Shown piece by piece: positions 9,392 through 19,590 of a stretch of 36,771 nucleotides of DNA. The DNA is from a virus (taxonomy: Duplodnaviria; Caudoviricetes): IMG/VR virus record IMGVR_UViG_3300027956_000024, positions 1-36,771 of that record; one strand, 5' to 3'. The notes under the pieces are model-generated. The model saw only the letters and a list, made by a program, of their open reading frames with translations, made no database searches and was not told where the DNA came from. Within the stretch, counting starts at the first letter, position 1, and every line of letters begins with the position of its first letter. The position numbers and the translations under genes were made by a program.

Positions 9392-10732
9392 ATGGCACCC
9401 CCCTCTGGTGCGCTCATCACCTCTCGCATCGGCGCGGAGCACCTCCCGGAGTTCGCCCGCGCGTTGTCCACCGACGTCGAAGCGATGATCTTCGGCGCGA
9501 ACCCCGTCTCGAAGCTCCTCTTCTCCGGCAAGTTCGCTGGCCGGACGATGAACCACGACGGCGCCGCGCAGCTTGAGATGGTCGATCGTACGAGCACCCG
9601 CTCGAACATCGTCGCCGTCATCAACGGCCAGGAGCGCCCGCGCACCAACGGCGGCGCCGTTGAGCATCGGCACCGCGCGTTCCCCACCGCCCCGCTGTTC
9701 AAGGGCGACGCGACCCTGACCTACGCCGAACTCGAGGAGCTCTCGCTCACCGCCGAGCGCGCCGCTGGTGGCCAGTCCAGCATCGTCTTTATGAACAACG
9801 TGCTCGACCACCTCGCGGACAGCCAGGAGGACCTGCGGCGCCGGTTCACCAAGTGGTTCGTCCGCGGCTCGCTGCAGAGCGACCCCGAGGAGGCCGATGC
9901 CGAGGTGCTCGCGCAGGAGGCCCTGGACTACCAGGACATCACCCGCACGTTCACCCTGTGGGGTGGCAACGCCGCCATCGGCCTCACCACGTGGCACCCC
10001 GACGCGCCCAAGACCACCCTCGGCCAGGGCGGCCTGCTCCAGTTCCAGGCGCCGGAGTCCCAGACCGGGCACTACGCCGGCCTGTACCGGAAGGGTGATG
10101 GCGGCGCGACCGCCGGCAGCCGGTACTGGTACAACCAGTACGCCCTCTGCAACGGCCCGGACACCCTGGCCCTGCAGCTTCGGCGGATGCGGCAGGCCAT
10201 GATGAAGCTGCCCAAGTACGAGAAGTACAAGTTCCCCACGATGGCCCTCGCGGATAACCGCACCGTGGAGCAGCTTCTCGAGTTCCACAAGTCGCGGCTC
10301 ACCGCCATCGGCAACAAGGCCGTGTACGAGGAGATCGACAAGGACCTCTACGGCGACGTTGAGACCTCCTTCCGTATGCCCGTCGAGGGCGGCGGCACCC
10401 TGGACGTGCTCGTCCCCCCGGAGTTGGACTTCGACTCCGACGACGACATCCAGACCCTGCGTGGCGTGATCATGCTGCCGAACATCGCCACCTTCATCAC
10501 GATCAACTCGTGGGCGAAGATGCAGCGGCTCATCCAGCAGAAGGGTCTCCCGTGGCTCACCCCCACCGAGGGCCTGAACAACCGCGCCTTCCTCCTGTCG
10601 GACTTCTTCCAGCCCAACGTGGAGGAGGAGCTCTGGAAGAGCATGTGGTACATGAGCCACCTGCACATGGCGGAGGAACTGGCGTTCAACGGCGCCATCA
10701 ACGGCACTGCCAACATCGACGCCAGCGCCTAA
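9392..10732 (+). CDS. Major capsid protein (probable HK97 fold)
   Basis: 446 aa; very strong codon bias; GAGGT RBS; position after the scaffold. Confidence 0.75.
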   Translation: MAPPSGALITSRIGAEHLPEFARALSTDVEAMIFGANPVSKLLFSGKFAGRTMNHDGAAQLEMVDRTSTRSNIVAVINGQERPRTNGGAVEHRHRAFPTAPLFKGDATLTYAELEELSLTAERAAGGQSSIVFMNNVLDHLADSQEDLRRRFTKWFVRGSLQSDPEEADAEVLAQEALDYQDITRTFTLWGGNAAIGLTTWHPDAPKTTLGQGGLLQFQAPESQTGHYAGLYRKGDGGATAGSRYWYNQYALCNGPDTLALQLRRMRQAMMKLPKYEKYKFPTMALADNRTVEQLLEFHKSRLTAIGNKAVYEEIDKDLYGDVETSFRMPVEGGGTLDVLVPPELDFDSDDDIQTLRGVIMLPNIATFITINSWAKMQRLIQQKGLPWLTPTEGLNNRAFLLSDFFQPNVEEELWKSMWYMSHLHMAEELAFNGAINGTANIDASA

Positions 10733-10756
10733 TCGGCTCACAAGGAGGATTTCCCC

Positions 10757-11284
10757 ATGCGTGGTTTTCAGAGCAACGGGCAGAACGTCCTGATGGAGGT
10801 TTCCGCCCAGCAGAAGTGGCAGTTGGGGATGGTCCGTCAGGCCCCCTCCCCGGTTGCCCCCGACACCAACGACCCGGCCTTCGTCTGCGAGTACATCTAC
10901 TGCCTCGCGGGCGAGGAGTTGGACCCCGGCGAGATCGTCAGCCTCGACCTGACCTCGCTGTCCACCATCTCCGAGTGTAAGGTGGCCAAGGCCCCCGGAG
11001 TCAACGCCACGATCAACGTCGTCGGCGTCGTCCCCGAGAACCTCCGGGACGTCACCGGCAACCTCCTGGACGTGGTCCCCTCGGGGTACTACTTCTGGGC
11101 CGTGCGGAAGGGCGTGGTGCGCGTCATCGACTCCGGGACCTCGACCGCTGGTGACGTGCTCACGGCCAGCGCGACCGCCGGCAAGGTCGACTCCAGCGCC
11201 ACCACCACGGTCGGGCTTGGCGTGGTGCTGGTGGGCGGCTCGGCGGGCCTCATCAAGGCCCTGTTCAAGGCGCCGCTGGCGTAG
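10757..11284 (+). CDS. Capsid cement/decoration protein
   Basis: 175 aa after the capsid gene, AAGGAGG RBS; GYYFWAVRKG...AGDVLTASATAGKV...VGLGVV pattern typical of cement proteins. Confidence 0.6.
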   Translation: MRGFQSNGQNVLMEVSAQQKWQLGMVRQAPSPVAPDTNDPAFVCEYIYCLAGEELDPGEIVSLDLTSLSTISECKVAKAPGVNATINVVGVVPENLRDVTGNLLDVVPSGYYFWAVRKGVVRVIDSGTSTAGDVLTASATAGKVDSSATTTVGLGVVLVGGSAGLIKALFKAPLA

Positions 11285-11316
11285 CCCCCGGCTGCCCTCG
11301 ACACTCCGCCGGGGGG
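11285..11316 (+). terminator. GC-rich hairpin after the head genes (possible terminator or stabiliser)
   Basis: CCCCCGGC...GCCGGGGG stem right after the stop codon; no immediate U-tract. Confidence 0.4.
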
Positions 11317-11358
11317 CCATCAGTGGCCTCTCGGCGGATTTCGCATTAGTGAGGCAGC

Positions 11359-12867
11359 ATGTCCCCTACGTACCAGACCTCGATCCCGAACGGCTCGCTC
11401 GGCTACCTGCTCAAGCGGATGGCCACGTACCTCGACTGGGCGCCCACCAGCGCCCCCGAGACCGAGGCACGGTTCATCGACCTCGTGAACGACGAGTTGG
11501 CGCGGCTGTCGACAGAGAGCCCGTGGCTGATCAACGACAAGGAGTTCGTGCTCCGGGTTGAGTCGGACTTCATTCCGTCGGACCACGAGGACGACGTCGT
11601 TCTTCGCCATGAGAATGACCCCTTCGTACTGACGCGCACGTCGTCGGAGGACTTCGACGACTGGCCCACCGACGGCTCTTGGAACTCGCGGTGGATCGAG
11701 ATTACAAACGAGGCCGGGGACGTAGAGCGTCGTCGGATTCGCTCCGTGTGGCGTGCGGTTCAGCCGCCGGCAGCCGACACCCTCTACATGTCGGTCGATC
11801 GCGCCCTCACTATTACGGGGGAGACGCTCGACTTTCGCGTCTTCACGATCGAATACCCGCTCCCTCACGGGACGGTCGGACTCTCGCGAGACACGCTGAT
11901 TCAGGACAACCGCCTGGACCTACCGGCGCAGCGCGTTCAGCCGATGAAGAAGATGGCGGACAGCGCCTTCCGTGGCGGTGACCGGGAGATCCCCGAGGAC
12001 TACGCCGTTGACTGGTACTGTGGTGCCGAGGTCCAGCCTCTGGCCACGCCGGCAGGCGCCCCGGGTGTAGCCAAGACCGCTGGGCAAAGTCCGACGATGT
12101 GGGGTGGCCCCGATCTCCCCGGCACGTTCCAATACTGCGTGGCGTATGGATGGGGGCAGTACGCAGACACCAGTGAGCAGGATGAGGCAGCTACGCTGCG
12201 GCCGATCCCGAAGTACCTGTCCGCGCCGAGCGAGGCCAGCGCCAGTGTCACGGTCGCCGCGGGAGGCAACGCTGTCGAGATCTACCTCCCGGACGTCGCG
12301 TGGCTCGCGGGCTGGGGAGAGAGCGCCCTCACGACCTCTACGTCGGACGTGCGCTGGTATCACACAGGCATCTACCGCTACGTCTTCCGTCGCCGGCTGG
12401 CGACCACGGCACCCGTAGCGCCCCCACACAACAACGCCAACATGCAGAGGCACGTGCCAGCCGACGGTGTTTGGCGACTGTGGCGCGTCGTACAGAGCGA
12501 GACGACGCAGACCTTGACGGACAACGGGGCGCTCCCTTTGGAGATGCAGCAGCGACCGCTCACCACGGACGGACGACACCTCACGCTCTTGCCGAACGGC
12601 GCGCCGACCGGAGCGAAGGAGGTCTACCTTCGCCTGCGTGTACGCCCCCCGCCGCTGTTCGGCGCGTCGGACCCGCTCGGCCTTGTGCCTGGCGCAGAGA
12701 TCGCTGTCGCCATGCGCGCCGCTGCTCGATTCGCGTCCTCGCAGTCGCGGCACGATGTGAGCCAAGGGCTGATGCGAGAGGCAGGTAAGATCATCGACGC
12801 TTTGCGAGGCAACTCGACGGGAGTAGGGTCGCGCATCACGCGCCGTATTCCGAGCCGGAGGTACTGA
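11359..12867 (+). CDS. Head-tail adaptor / tail tubular protein A-like, with large insertion
   Basis: N-terminal helix (EARFIDLVNDELARL) and C-terminal helices (VPGAEIAVAMRAAARF) resemble adaptor proteins; position after capsid/cement. Confidence 0.55.
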   Translation: MSPTYQTSIPNGSLGYLLKRMATYLDWAPTSAPETEARFIDLVNDELARLSTESPWLINDKEFVLRVESDFIPSDHEDDVVLRHENDPFVLTRTSSEDFDDWPTDGSWNSRWIEITNEAGDVERRRIRSVWRAVQPPAADTLYMSVDRALTITGETLDFRVFTIEYPLPHGTVGLSRDTLIQDNRLDLPAQRVQPMKKMADSAFRGGDREIPEDYAVDWYCGAEVQPLATPAGAPGVAKTAGQSPTMWGGPDLPGTFQYCVAYGWGQYADTSEQDEAATLRPIPKYLSAPSEASASVTVAAGGNAVEIYLPDVAWLAGWGESALTTSTSDVRWYHTGIYRYVFRRRLATTAPVAPPHNNANMQRHVPADGVWRLWRVVQSETTQTLTDNGALPLEMQQRPLTTDGRHLTLLPNGAPTGAKEVYLRLRVRPPPLFGASDPLGLVPGAEIAVAMRAAARFASSQSRHDVSQGLMREAGKIIDALRGNSTGVGSRITRRIPSRRY

Positions 12868-15008
12868 TGCCGGGCCGCGCGAACCTGGATGACACTACGC
12901 AAGGCCCCTACCGGCTTGTTGGGATGGACACGCGCCGAGCCGCCCGCACGGAGGGCGCGGCGACGCTAATCCAGAACTTCAACGTCGGCATTGACGGCCT
13001 TCTGCGAGGCATCGTCGGCCCAGCCCCTGTGATGGTGGATCTGCAGTCCGGCGCCCCGCAGACGTACGAGCCCCTCTACGGGGTCTTCCTGGGCAACATC
13101 GGCGGGCTCGAGACGCTGTTGATCTACGAAGGGGGAGCCATCAAGCGGTGGACACCGTGGGGTGGACAGAACGCCTGGGCCACGCTGGAGGAGGGGCTCC
13201 AGGCAGGCAGCACGCTTGCGCCGGCACAGTTCCTGTCGGCCGGCGAAGGGGTCGTCATCCTTCCGCAGTCTGTAGAGGGGGCGCAGCCGCGCTACTACGA
13301 CGGCATGTACTACGGCTACCTCGGCTACCCGGACATCCCCCCGACGGTTGACCCCATTGGGCCAAGTAACAGGTCGCCGTCGAGCACCGGCGTACCAGCT
13401 TACGAGGGACACAACACCGCGGGCATCGCGCGGATGGCCGTAGACCTCAACAAGACCTATGAAAGCGACGGGTCACTCACAGAGACGAGATACCGCTTCT
13501 ACAGGTACGGCTTTGGGGCCATCGGATCGACAGAGGCAAACCCCGCATCGACAGACGCAGAAGGAGAGGATGCGGGGATCTTGTTGCCTGGAGAGTGGTT
13601 TGCCACTGTGCAGTATGTGAATCGGTGGGGGCATATCTCCGCGCCCGCGCCGCTGTCGGCACCACAGCGCCTCAGTTTCCGACGCCCCATCAACACCAGT
13701 ACGCAACTGGAGGACCTCCGGCAGAACTGGTATTGGAACATTCCCGTAGGGCCTAAGAACACCGTAGGACGGATCATCTCGCGGACGCGGGACACGATAA
13801 ACAACGGAACGGGCTTCACGACTTACGAACTTCGAGGCCGTGCAGGTAGCTCGGGGCTTGCAGCCTTCGCCTCTGTCCCTGACAATGCCAGTACGCTGTT
13901 CTACGATAACTTCGGAGACGGCTCCCTTCTCACAGAGACGATGCAGACCATTCGCGTTCCTACGGCAACTGCGATGGCTTTCGCTTTCGGGCGGCTCTGG
14001 CTCGGCACGCGCGACGGCCGCATCTATTTCAGTAAGCAAGGCAACATCGGCACGTTCCTCCGTGATGAGTTCGTCGTCACCTCCGGACGTGTGACTGGAT
14101 TCGCACTGACCCCCGAGGGGCTTATCGCTTTTACGGCTACGGACGCCATGATGGTGATCGAGCGGCCCGAGGCGGCTGCGTTCACCACGAGGAAGATGGC
14201 TTCGACCGAGGGGTGCGTGGCGCCGGACAGCATCCGCACGCTCACCGACGGGACGGTGATCTGGCTGTCTCGCCGAGGGTTCTGCGCCTATGCCGCCACG
14301 GCAGATGGAGGAACACCGCTGCACGTAGGGGCGCCGATCGTCCACGACTGGACGGAGCACATGGAAACCGTAAGGACCGCCTGCGCGGTTGTGCATCCGA
14401 CACAGGGGACTTACATCTGCTGGGTTCAGACCAAGCGAGGGAAGATTGGTTTTCAGTTCGACTCGCAGTTTGGCTGGAGCATCCGTACGGATGTCGAGGC
14501 AACTTCTGCTACGCCGTTTGATGACACGATCATCGCTACTGGAGTACGGAGCGACGACTCACTGCGGGGCATCTGGTGCCTGGATCGGCGCCAATACAAG
14601 TCGGCCAAGGTAGACTATGTAGGCGACCTCACCTACATCATCGAGACGGAGCACTTCAACACCCAGGATCAGGCGGCAGTTAGTGCGTGGCACCTTGAAA
14701 TGGAGGTGTGGCACAACACCGCCCCTACGTTCACGGTTGAGTGTCTCCCGTATGGCCGGGCCGTGACCACGACGTCTACGCATACGGTCGCGTCGTCGAC
14801 CGTAGACAACGGCGCAGACAACGGACGCTGGGACACCTTCGTCTGGGGCGCTGAGGCCGAGTATTGGGATAAGGACCTGCAGTCGGTTATTCGCGCAGAC
14901 CTGAGCGCCCACCACGCCCGGACCTTCCGCGTGCGGGTTACGGCGCAGACGCCACCCACCATCGGCTGGATCAGCGTCAACTCGAATAAGCGAGGGGGTG
15001 TCCGTTGA
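12867..15008 (+). CDS. Tail nozzle / tubular protein B-like (beta-propeller)
   Basis: 713 aa with propeller-like segments (FAFGRLWLG, IYFSK, EGCVAPDSI, VIWLSRRG) as in P22 gp10/T7 gp12-type nozzles; TGATG coupling to the adaptor gene. Confidence 0.7.
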   Translation: MPGRANLDDTTQGPYRLVGMDTRRAARTEGAATLIQNFNVGIDGLLRGIVGPAPVMVDLQSGAPQTYEPLYGVFLGNIGGLETLLIYEGGAIKRWTPWGGQNAWATLEEGLQAGSTLAPAQFLSAGEGVVILPQSVEGAQPRYYDGMYYGYLGYPDIPPTVDPIGPSNRSPSSTGVPAYEGHNTAGIARMAVDLNKTYESDGSLTETRYRFYRYGFGAIGSTEANPASTDAEGEDAGILLPGEWFATVQYVNRWGHISAPAPLSAPQRLSFRRPINTSTQLEDLRQNWYWNIPVGPKNTVGRIISRTRDTINNGTGFTTYELRGRAGSSGLAAFASVPDNASTLFYDNFGDGSLLTETMQTIRVPTATAMAFAFGRLWLGTRDGRIYFSKQGNIGTFLRDEFVVTSGRVTGFALTPEGLIAFTATDAMMVIERPEAAAFTTRKMASTEGCVAPDSIRTLTDGTVIWLSRRGFCAYAATADGGTPLHVGAPIVHDWTEHMETVRTACAVVHPTQGTYICWVQTKRGKIGFQFDSQFGWSIRTDVEATSATPFDDTIIATGVRSDDSLRGIWCLDRRQYKSAKVDYVGDLTYIIETEHFNTQDQAAVSAWHLEMEVWHNTAPTFTVECLPYGRAVTTTSTHTVASSTVDNGADNGRWDTFVWGAEAEYWDKDLQSVIRADLSAHHARTFRVRVTAQTPPTIGWISVNSNKRGGVR

Positions 15009-15718
15009 GCATGTATGTACCGGCACCGCTGGGTGTAGCGGAGAGCGGCTCCACAGAGCCCATCAACAAGGCCCTCGGTGTCCTCAGTCGGGCGCTGCGC
15101 TCCGTCGATAGCAACAACTTTAGCGCCAACTCCCTTGATGTCGCTGAGTATGGCGCCATCCAGCGCGTAGTGGGTGTGTCGCTCCAGGTCCCGATCGGGG
15201 ACGACGGCGATCTGGAGCCGGCGACGTACTCCGGGTGCCTGCCGTACGATGACTCCACTGGCGCATGGGAGGGCTTGAAGGATGGGGCCAGCCGAGACAC
15301 GACCTGTAACGGGCTGGCCATTGAGATCAATAAGGCACGCAACTGGTCGCTGCTGAGCAGCACACTGACCAAGTCCTTTACGTGTCGGCAGAGTTTCCTA
15401 CACCTACGATTCACCTGCCAACTGTCGAGCAACATCCTCGGTGACGTTGGCGTCCAGTTCGCCTTCCGCGTGGACGGGCGAATCATCGACGACTCCGCTC
15501 AGGGAGGCTCTCCGAGCCCAAACGACCCATACACCGGGATGCACATAGTCGACGGGCCTGTGTTTGTGAGGGCTCTTGTACCTGTGGAGGATGGAGAGCA
15601 CACCGTCGAGGTTGTGTATCGGGCGCTCTACATGCCAGAGGTATCCGCAAACGTAGATGAGATGACCTTCAACATCCTTAGCAGGTACTTGATCATCTCC
15701 GCGGAGGGCTCGCCATGA
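15005..15718 (+). CDS. Small tail-associated beta-sandwich protein
   Basis: TTGA overlap with the nozzle stop (alternative ATG at 15011); beta-rich, GEHTVEV motif. Confidence 0.65.
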   Translation: MSMYVPAPLGVAESGSTEPINKALGVLSRALRSVDSNNFSANSLDVAEYGAIQRVVGVSLQVPIGDDGDLEPATYSGCLPYDDSTGAWEGLKDGASRDTTCNGLAIEINKARNWSLLSSTLTKSFTCRQSFLHLRFTCQLSSNILGDVGVQFAFRVDGRIIDDSAQGGSPSPNDPYTGMHIVDGPVFVRALVPVEDGEHTVEVVYRALYMPEVSANVDEMTFNILSRYLIISAEGSP

Positions 15719-16548
15719 GCGCGTTCATTGTTCCCGGCACAGTGCGAAACGCAGCCAGCCTCACGGACGTCCTCTCGGATGTGGAGGATGACATCAACGG
15801 CGTTCCGCGTGATGCCTTCCTGCCCGAGAGCATCATCCCGGAGACCCTTCGCCTCGGCCTGTTCTCGGGACATTACGTGGCTGGCGAGGAGGTCGGTGCC
15901 GAGGTGGGCCTGCTCTTTGTAGGAGGCGACTCGGCTTCTGGCTGGTCCGAGGTCTTGAAGGTGGACGTTGGCGGCACGGGGCAGGGGTACGGAAACCGGC
16001 GACGAAACATGGAGATGATTACGCTCTACCAACGGCCCACCTTCGGCGGGTTTGTTATTGAGTGGGATCTACACCTATGGCAGATTACGTCGTGGATTGC
16101 TCCGACCTTCGAGTACGGACACGCCTTCGGCCGCTTTGTTATCGAGATCATGGTGGAGGTGTGTAACACGACGGACACCAGCAGCACCAGTTCGGACTGG
16201 TATCCTGTGGCCGGGCCATTCTACCAGAGGAACAACGCGGTCTACGTCAATAACCACAACTACCCGACGGACGAGGCTACGTTCTCTGGAGACACAGGAG
16301 ACGACAATCCACTCATCAGCGCCGCCATCTCCGGCGCGGTACTTGTAGACGCCGCTATTATGACGGCGCTGGTCGGCCCGACAAACATCAACGTCTATGG
16401 TGTCCGGGTTCGCGCTCGGGCGTGGATGTCTGACGAGCAGTTCGAGTTGATTGCGGACAAAGTCACCGACCTCTCCCCATACGCCCTGTTCGGGCTTGGC
16501 TCCAGCCGGCTGTGCGTAGAGCACACAAACGCAGGGATACTGGAATGA
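15715..16548 (+). CDS. Small tail-associated protein
   Basis: ATGA overlaps at both ends; GGAGG RBS; 277 aa. Confidence 0.65.
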   Translation: MSAFIVPGTVRNAASLTDVLSDVEDDINGVPRDAFLPESIIPETLRLGLFSGHYVAGEEVGAEVGLLFVGGDSASGWSEVLKVDVGGTGQGYGNRRRNMEMITLYQRPTFGGFVIEWDLHLWQITSWIAPTFEYGHAFGRFVIEIMVEVCNTTDTSSTSSDWYPVAGPFYQRNNAVYVNNHNYPTDEATFSGDTGDDNPLISAAISGAVLVDAAIMTALVGPTNINVYGVRVRARAWMSDEQFELIADKVTDLSPYALFGLGSSRLCVEHTNAGILE

Positions 16549-17240
16549 GCACCGTAGACCTTCAAGTCGCCTCTGCTGCGGTCGATGAGGACGTCTCCGA
16601 TGTCCAACTCCTGAACGATCGGCTGGCTGGCCCACCGACAGGCGCTGTGGATTCTGCGCGCATGTTGTGCGGAGGGCTGGACAGTGACAACTGGCCGACG
16701 CTCTCCCCTCTGGAGACCGCACTCCATCGGCGCTGGACATCACAGCACCAGGGGTACGCCGCACTCCAGCGGCCGGTGGACTACAAGGCAGACCTCTACA
16801 AGACGCAAGAGGAGGGGATACTGATCCCGGGCGCCGTATGCTCCTTTACTACGAAGGAGACGAGGGATGTAATCGTCTACTGGAGCATCACGTACTCGTC
16901 TATTAGGCAGACTGGGAGGTACGCCCCGAGCACGGACGCAGAACAGAAGTTGTTTCTGGACCTTGACGGAGAGCAGATCGACAACGCCGTACGGTACATT
17001 CCAGTTAGTTATGGGGCGTGGGCACGAAGCGTCTCTAATGCGGGGACAGGAACGGCCATCGCTATGAACAACGATGTCAATGATCAGGTTATTTCTCGTG
17101 GCAGGACGTGGACCGGACACAGAGTGCTGCGAAACATCGCCGCCGGGGATCACCATTTTGGTGTTGTCATCTGGATGAGCGGCAAGGGAACGGTTAGGAT
17201 ACACAGCGCCCAGGTCTGGGCGCTTGTTCGGAGGCAGTAG
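16545..17240 (+). CDS. Small tail-associated beta-sandwich protein
   Basis: ATG 16545 overlaps the previous TGA; LDGEQID and GDHHFGV motifs resemble 15005..15718. Confidence 0.65.
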   Translation: MSTVDLQVASAAVDEDVSDVQLLNDRLAGPPTGAVDSARMLCGGLDSDNWPTLSPLETALHRRWTSQHQGYAALQRPVDYKADLYKTQEEGILIPGAVCSFTTKETRDVIVYWSITYSSIRQTGRYAPSTDAEQKLFLDLDGEQIDNAVRYIPVSYGAWARSVSNAGTGTAIAMNNDVNDQVISRGRTWTGHRVLRNIAAGDHHFGVVIWMSGKGTVRIHSAQVWALVRRQ

Positions 17241-17242
17241 CC

Positions 17243-17755
17243 ATGAAGAGCAGCAAGGAAATCATCTCGTCTGGCAGGTTCCGGCCGAATAGGTTGATGA
17301 AGGCTCAGCTCATGGAGGACCAGCAGGCTGCCTCCGAGGGCAAGCTCGGGCTGACGCAGGCGCAGAAGGAGCAGATGGCGCAGGAGAGCGCCACGGCCGC
17401 AGCCACGCAGGCCGCGCAGACCCAGACGGAGATCAGCCGGTCCATGATGGGTCAGCCGGACTTCGTCGGCCAGAAGGCGCAACTCTCCGCCGCCGCCTCA
17501 GAGGCCGCCGCCGCCCAGGGCGCGGCCGGCATGGCCGCCGCGAACATGGCGAGCCAGAGTCAGGCCATGCAGAAGAAGTCCATGATCGACCAGCGCCTCG
17601 CGCAACTTGCGAACCGGCGATACAACACCGGCATGTGGATCGCGCAGACGGGAGTCAACATGGCCGATAAGCATCTACTGGGCGCAGGCAAGGGAGCCGA
17701 GACTGCGTCTCAGACGGCGCAGACTTCTGTCGGCGCAGAAATCCCCTACCAGTAG
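17243..17755 (+). CDS. Putative DNA ejection / internal virion protein (small)
   Basis: Ala/Gln/Met-rich helical 170 aa; first of three genes of increasing size, as in P22 gp7/gp20/gp16 or T7 gp14-16. Confidence 0.55.
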   Translation: MKSSKEIISSGRFRPNRLMKAQLMEDQQAASEGKLGLTQAQKEQMAQESATAAATQAAQTQTEISRSMMGQPDFVGQKAQLSAAASEAAAAQGAAGMAAANMASQSQAMQKKSMIDQRLAQLANRRYNTGMWIAQTGVNMADKHLLGAGKGAETASQTAQTSVGAEIPYQ

Positions 17756-17765
17756 GAGCACAACA

Positions 17766-19526
17766 ATGCCTGCGTTTGATGGCCTGTCGCCGTACCTGAA
17801 AGTCGCCGCCGGGCAGATGCTCGAAGACCCGGAGGTTATGAAGCTCACGCGAGACCTCGTGGCCATGCGCCGTGAGGGCCGGCAGAACATGTTTGCCAGC
17901 ATCGTCTCGGGAGGAAAGTTCGGCAGCGTCGGCCGCGTCACGGCCGCGAATATGACGGGGCCGGATCTCTCTCGGATTAGCGATCTGGAGGCCGAGAGGG
18001 CTCGCATCCTCAGTGAGGCCATGAAGGCACGCTTGGTAGGCGTGAAAGGGCTCAAGGAACTTGCTGACGGAGGTAACGACGTCGCCAAGGCGTTCCTCTC
18101 GGCAGAAGGCACGGTACTGGCGTCCAACTCCGCAGCAACGGCTGTGAAGTACAAGGAAGAGTCGGATCGACTTACAGTGATGGAGGAGCGTCTTGCTCAA
18201 GGGCAGGAGGGACTCACGAACAAAGGACTTTACGGGCAGATCCGAAGCGCCGCAGAGGGCACAGTAGGAGGAGTTCTGCAGCCCGTACAACAGGGCTACA
18301 TCGCCTTCCAGAAGATCCCCCCAGGTGCGTTCAGCGTGGCGGAACACGGATCTGTTGTTACTGAGTACCTCGGCGAGAGGTCGCCGCTCAACGCAGAACA
18401 GAAGGCGATTCTGCGGGTCCAACTACTGAACAGGGGAGTCACGCAAGACGATCTCGCGAAGATCGCCCCCATCTCGACTGATGAACAGGCGGTGTTTTCG
18501 GCAAGCGCGACGAGCATGAACGCATACATGGGGACTATTGAGAAGCGTGCCCAACTCGTCGAGGACCTCGGCTCCCGACTGGATAAGGCTGGTGTGGGCG
18601 TTTCGACTTTCGGGACGACGTTGGAGCGCAGAGGTAGCGACTTGACGAAGACCCAGCAGTTGGGGGCACATCTCGCTGCGTTGAACGGGCTTGGGCCGAT
18701 AGCTACAAAGACGTTGGAGGAGATTGCCACCAACCCGCTCCTGCCGGACGCCAAGAAGCGGATGGACGCCATCGACGACGAGATCGGGCAGTTGAAGTCG
18801 GCCCAGGGCGGCCTGTTGAAGAACGACGCGCTCTTGTCGCTGCGTTCCAGCAGGGCGCTGCCGGAGTTGGTCAAGAACGCAGTCTATGTCGCGTACGACA
18901 AGAAGATCGCCCTGGCCGACGCCGATCCCGACGCCGATCCCGACGCCAAGGCGAAACTGGAGGCTGAGCGCGACGAGCGACTGTCCACGGTCGACGCCAT
19001 CGGGGCAACGGCCGAGGGCGGTCGCCGCGCCGCGCGCGCCCTGATTCGGGAGCAGAAGGGACTGCAGCGAGGCGTTCGGCTTGCCGCGGAGGTCTCGGAC
19101 ACGGGCGACGTGGCGCGGACCCGTGAGCGAAACATCGTGGCCAGTGAGGCTGACCGCGCCGCTACGCTCCGGGCCACGGCCGATGCTGGACAGATGGACC
19201 GCTTGGGGCCTGACGAGGCTCGAGCGGCGATTATGAAGACTGCCACGGCTAAGTCCCTGACGCAGGACCTTGGCGTTGGGCAAGGGAGCCGGCCGCTGTA
19301 CGGGAGGCCCGTCGCCGGTGCGCCCCCTGTCGCCGGTGCGCCGCCGAAGGCGGAGACCGAGCCGGATGAAGACGAAGATGGTGTCGCCCCGAAAGCCCCA
19401 GAAGCGGAGGAAACCGCGGCGTGGAACGCGCCGCCGCGAGCCACGCAATCCTTTGACCGCTCCATGCTCAAGGGCGACATGGTGCGACAGCGCCTCGAGC
19501 AGATCCGTGGCCTGAGCCGCGCGTAG
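17766..19526 (+). CDS. Putative DNA ejection / internal virion protein (medium)
   Basis: ATG 17766 with AGGAG RBS; helical ~586 aa; position. Confidence 0.55.
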   Translation: MPAFDGLSPYLKVAAGQMLEDPEVMKLTRDLVAMRREGRQNMFASIVSGGKFGSVGRVTAANMTGPDLSRISDLEAERARILSEAMKARLVGVKGLKELADGGNDVAKAFLSAEGTVLASNSAATAVKYKEESDRLTVMEERLAQGQEGLTNKGLYGQIRSAAEGTVGGVLQPVQQGYIAFQKIPPGAFSVAEHGSVVTEYLGERSPLNAEQKAILRVQLLNRGVTQDDLAKIAPISTDEQAVFSASATSMNAYMGTIEKRAQLVEDLGSRLDKAGVGVSTFGTTLERRGSDLTKTQQLGAHLAALNGLGPIATKTLEEIATNPLLPDAKKRMDAIDDEIGQLKSAQGGLLKNDALLSLRSSRALPELVKNAVYVAYDKKIALADADPDADPDAKAKLEAERDERLSTVDAIGATAEGGRRAARALIREQKGLQRGVRLAAEVSDTGDVARTRERNIVASEADRAATLRATADAGQMDRLGPDEARAAIMKTATAKSLTQDLGVGQGSRPLYGRPVAGAPPVAGAPPKAETEPDEDEDGVAPKAPEAEETAAWNAPPRATQSFDRSMLKGDMVRQRLEQIRGLSRA

Positions 19527-19532
19527 CCGTCT

Positions 19533-19561
19533 TTGACGGAGCGCGCGGCGCGTGCTACACG
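19533..19561 (+). promoter_or_regulatory. Putative promoter for the giant virion gene
   Basis: TTGACG-17 nt-TACACG, with TGC just before the -10 element, in a 64-bp intergenic gap. Confidence 0.4.
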
Positions 19562-19590
19562 AGCGAGACGACAACCACGGGAGTCTCCAT

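Noticed and set aside
8987-11320. 777-aa antisense ORF over the capsid genes (also 19555-22167, 24472-26790 and 34930-36711)
   Set aside because: Shadow ORFs expected from strong GC3 bias on the coding strand; low-information composition, no motifs.
18916-19345. Short in-frame tandem repeats (DADP x2; PVAGAP x2)
   Set aside because: Two-copy slippage duplications in linkers; ordinary.
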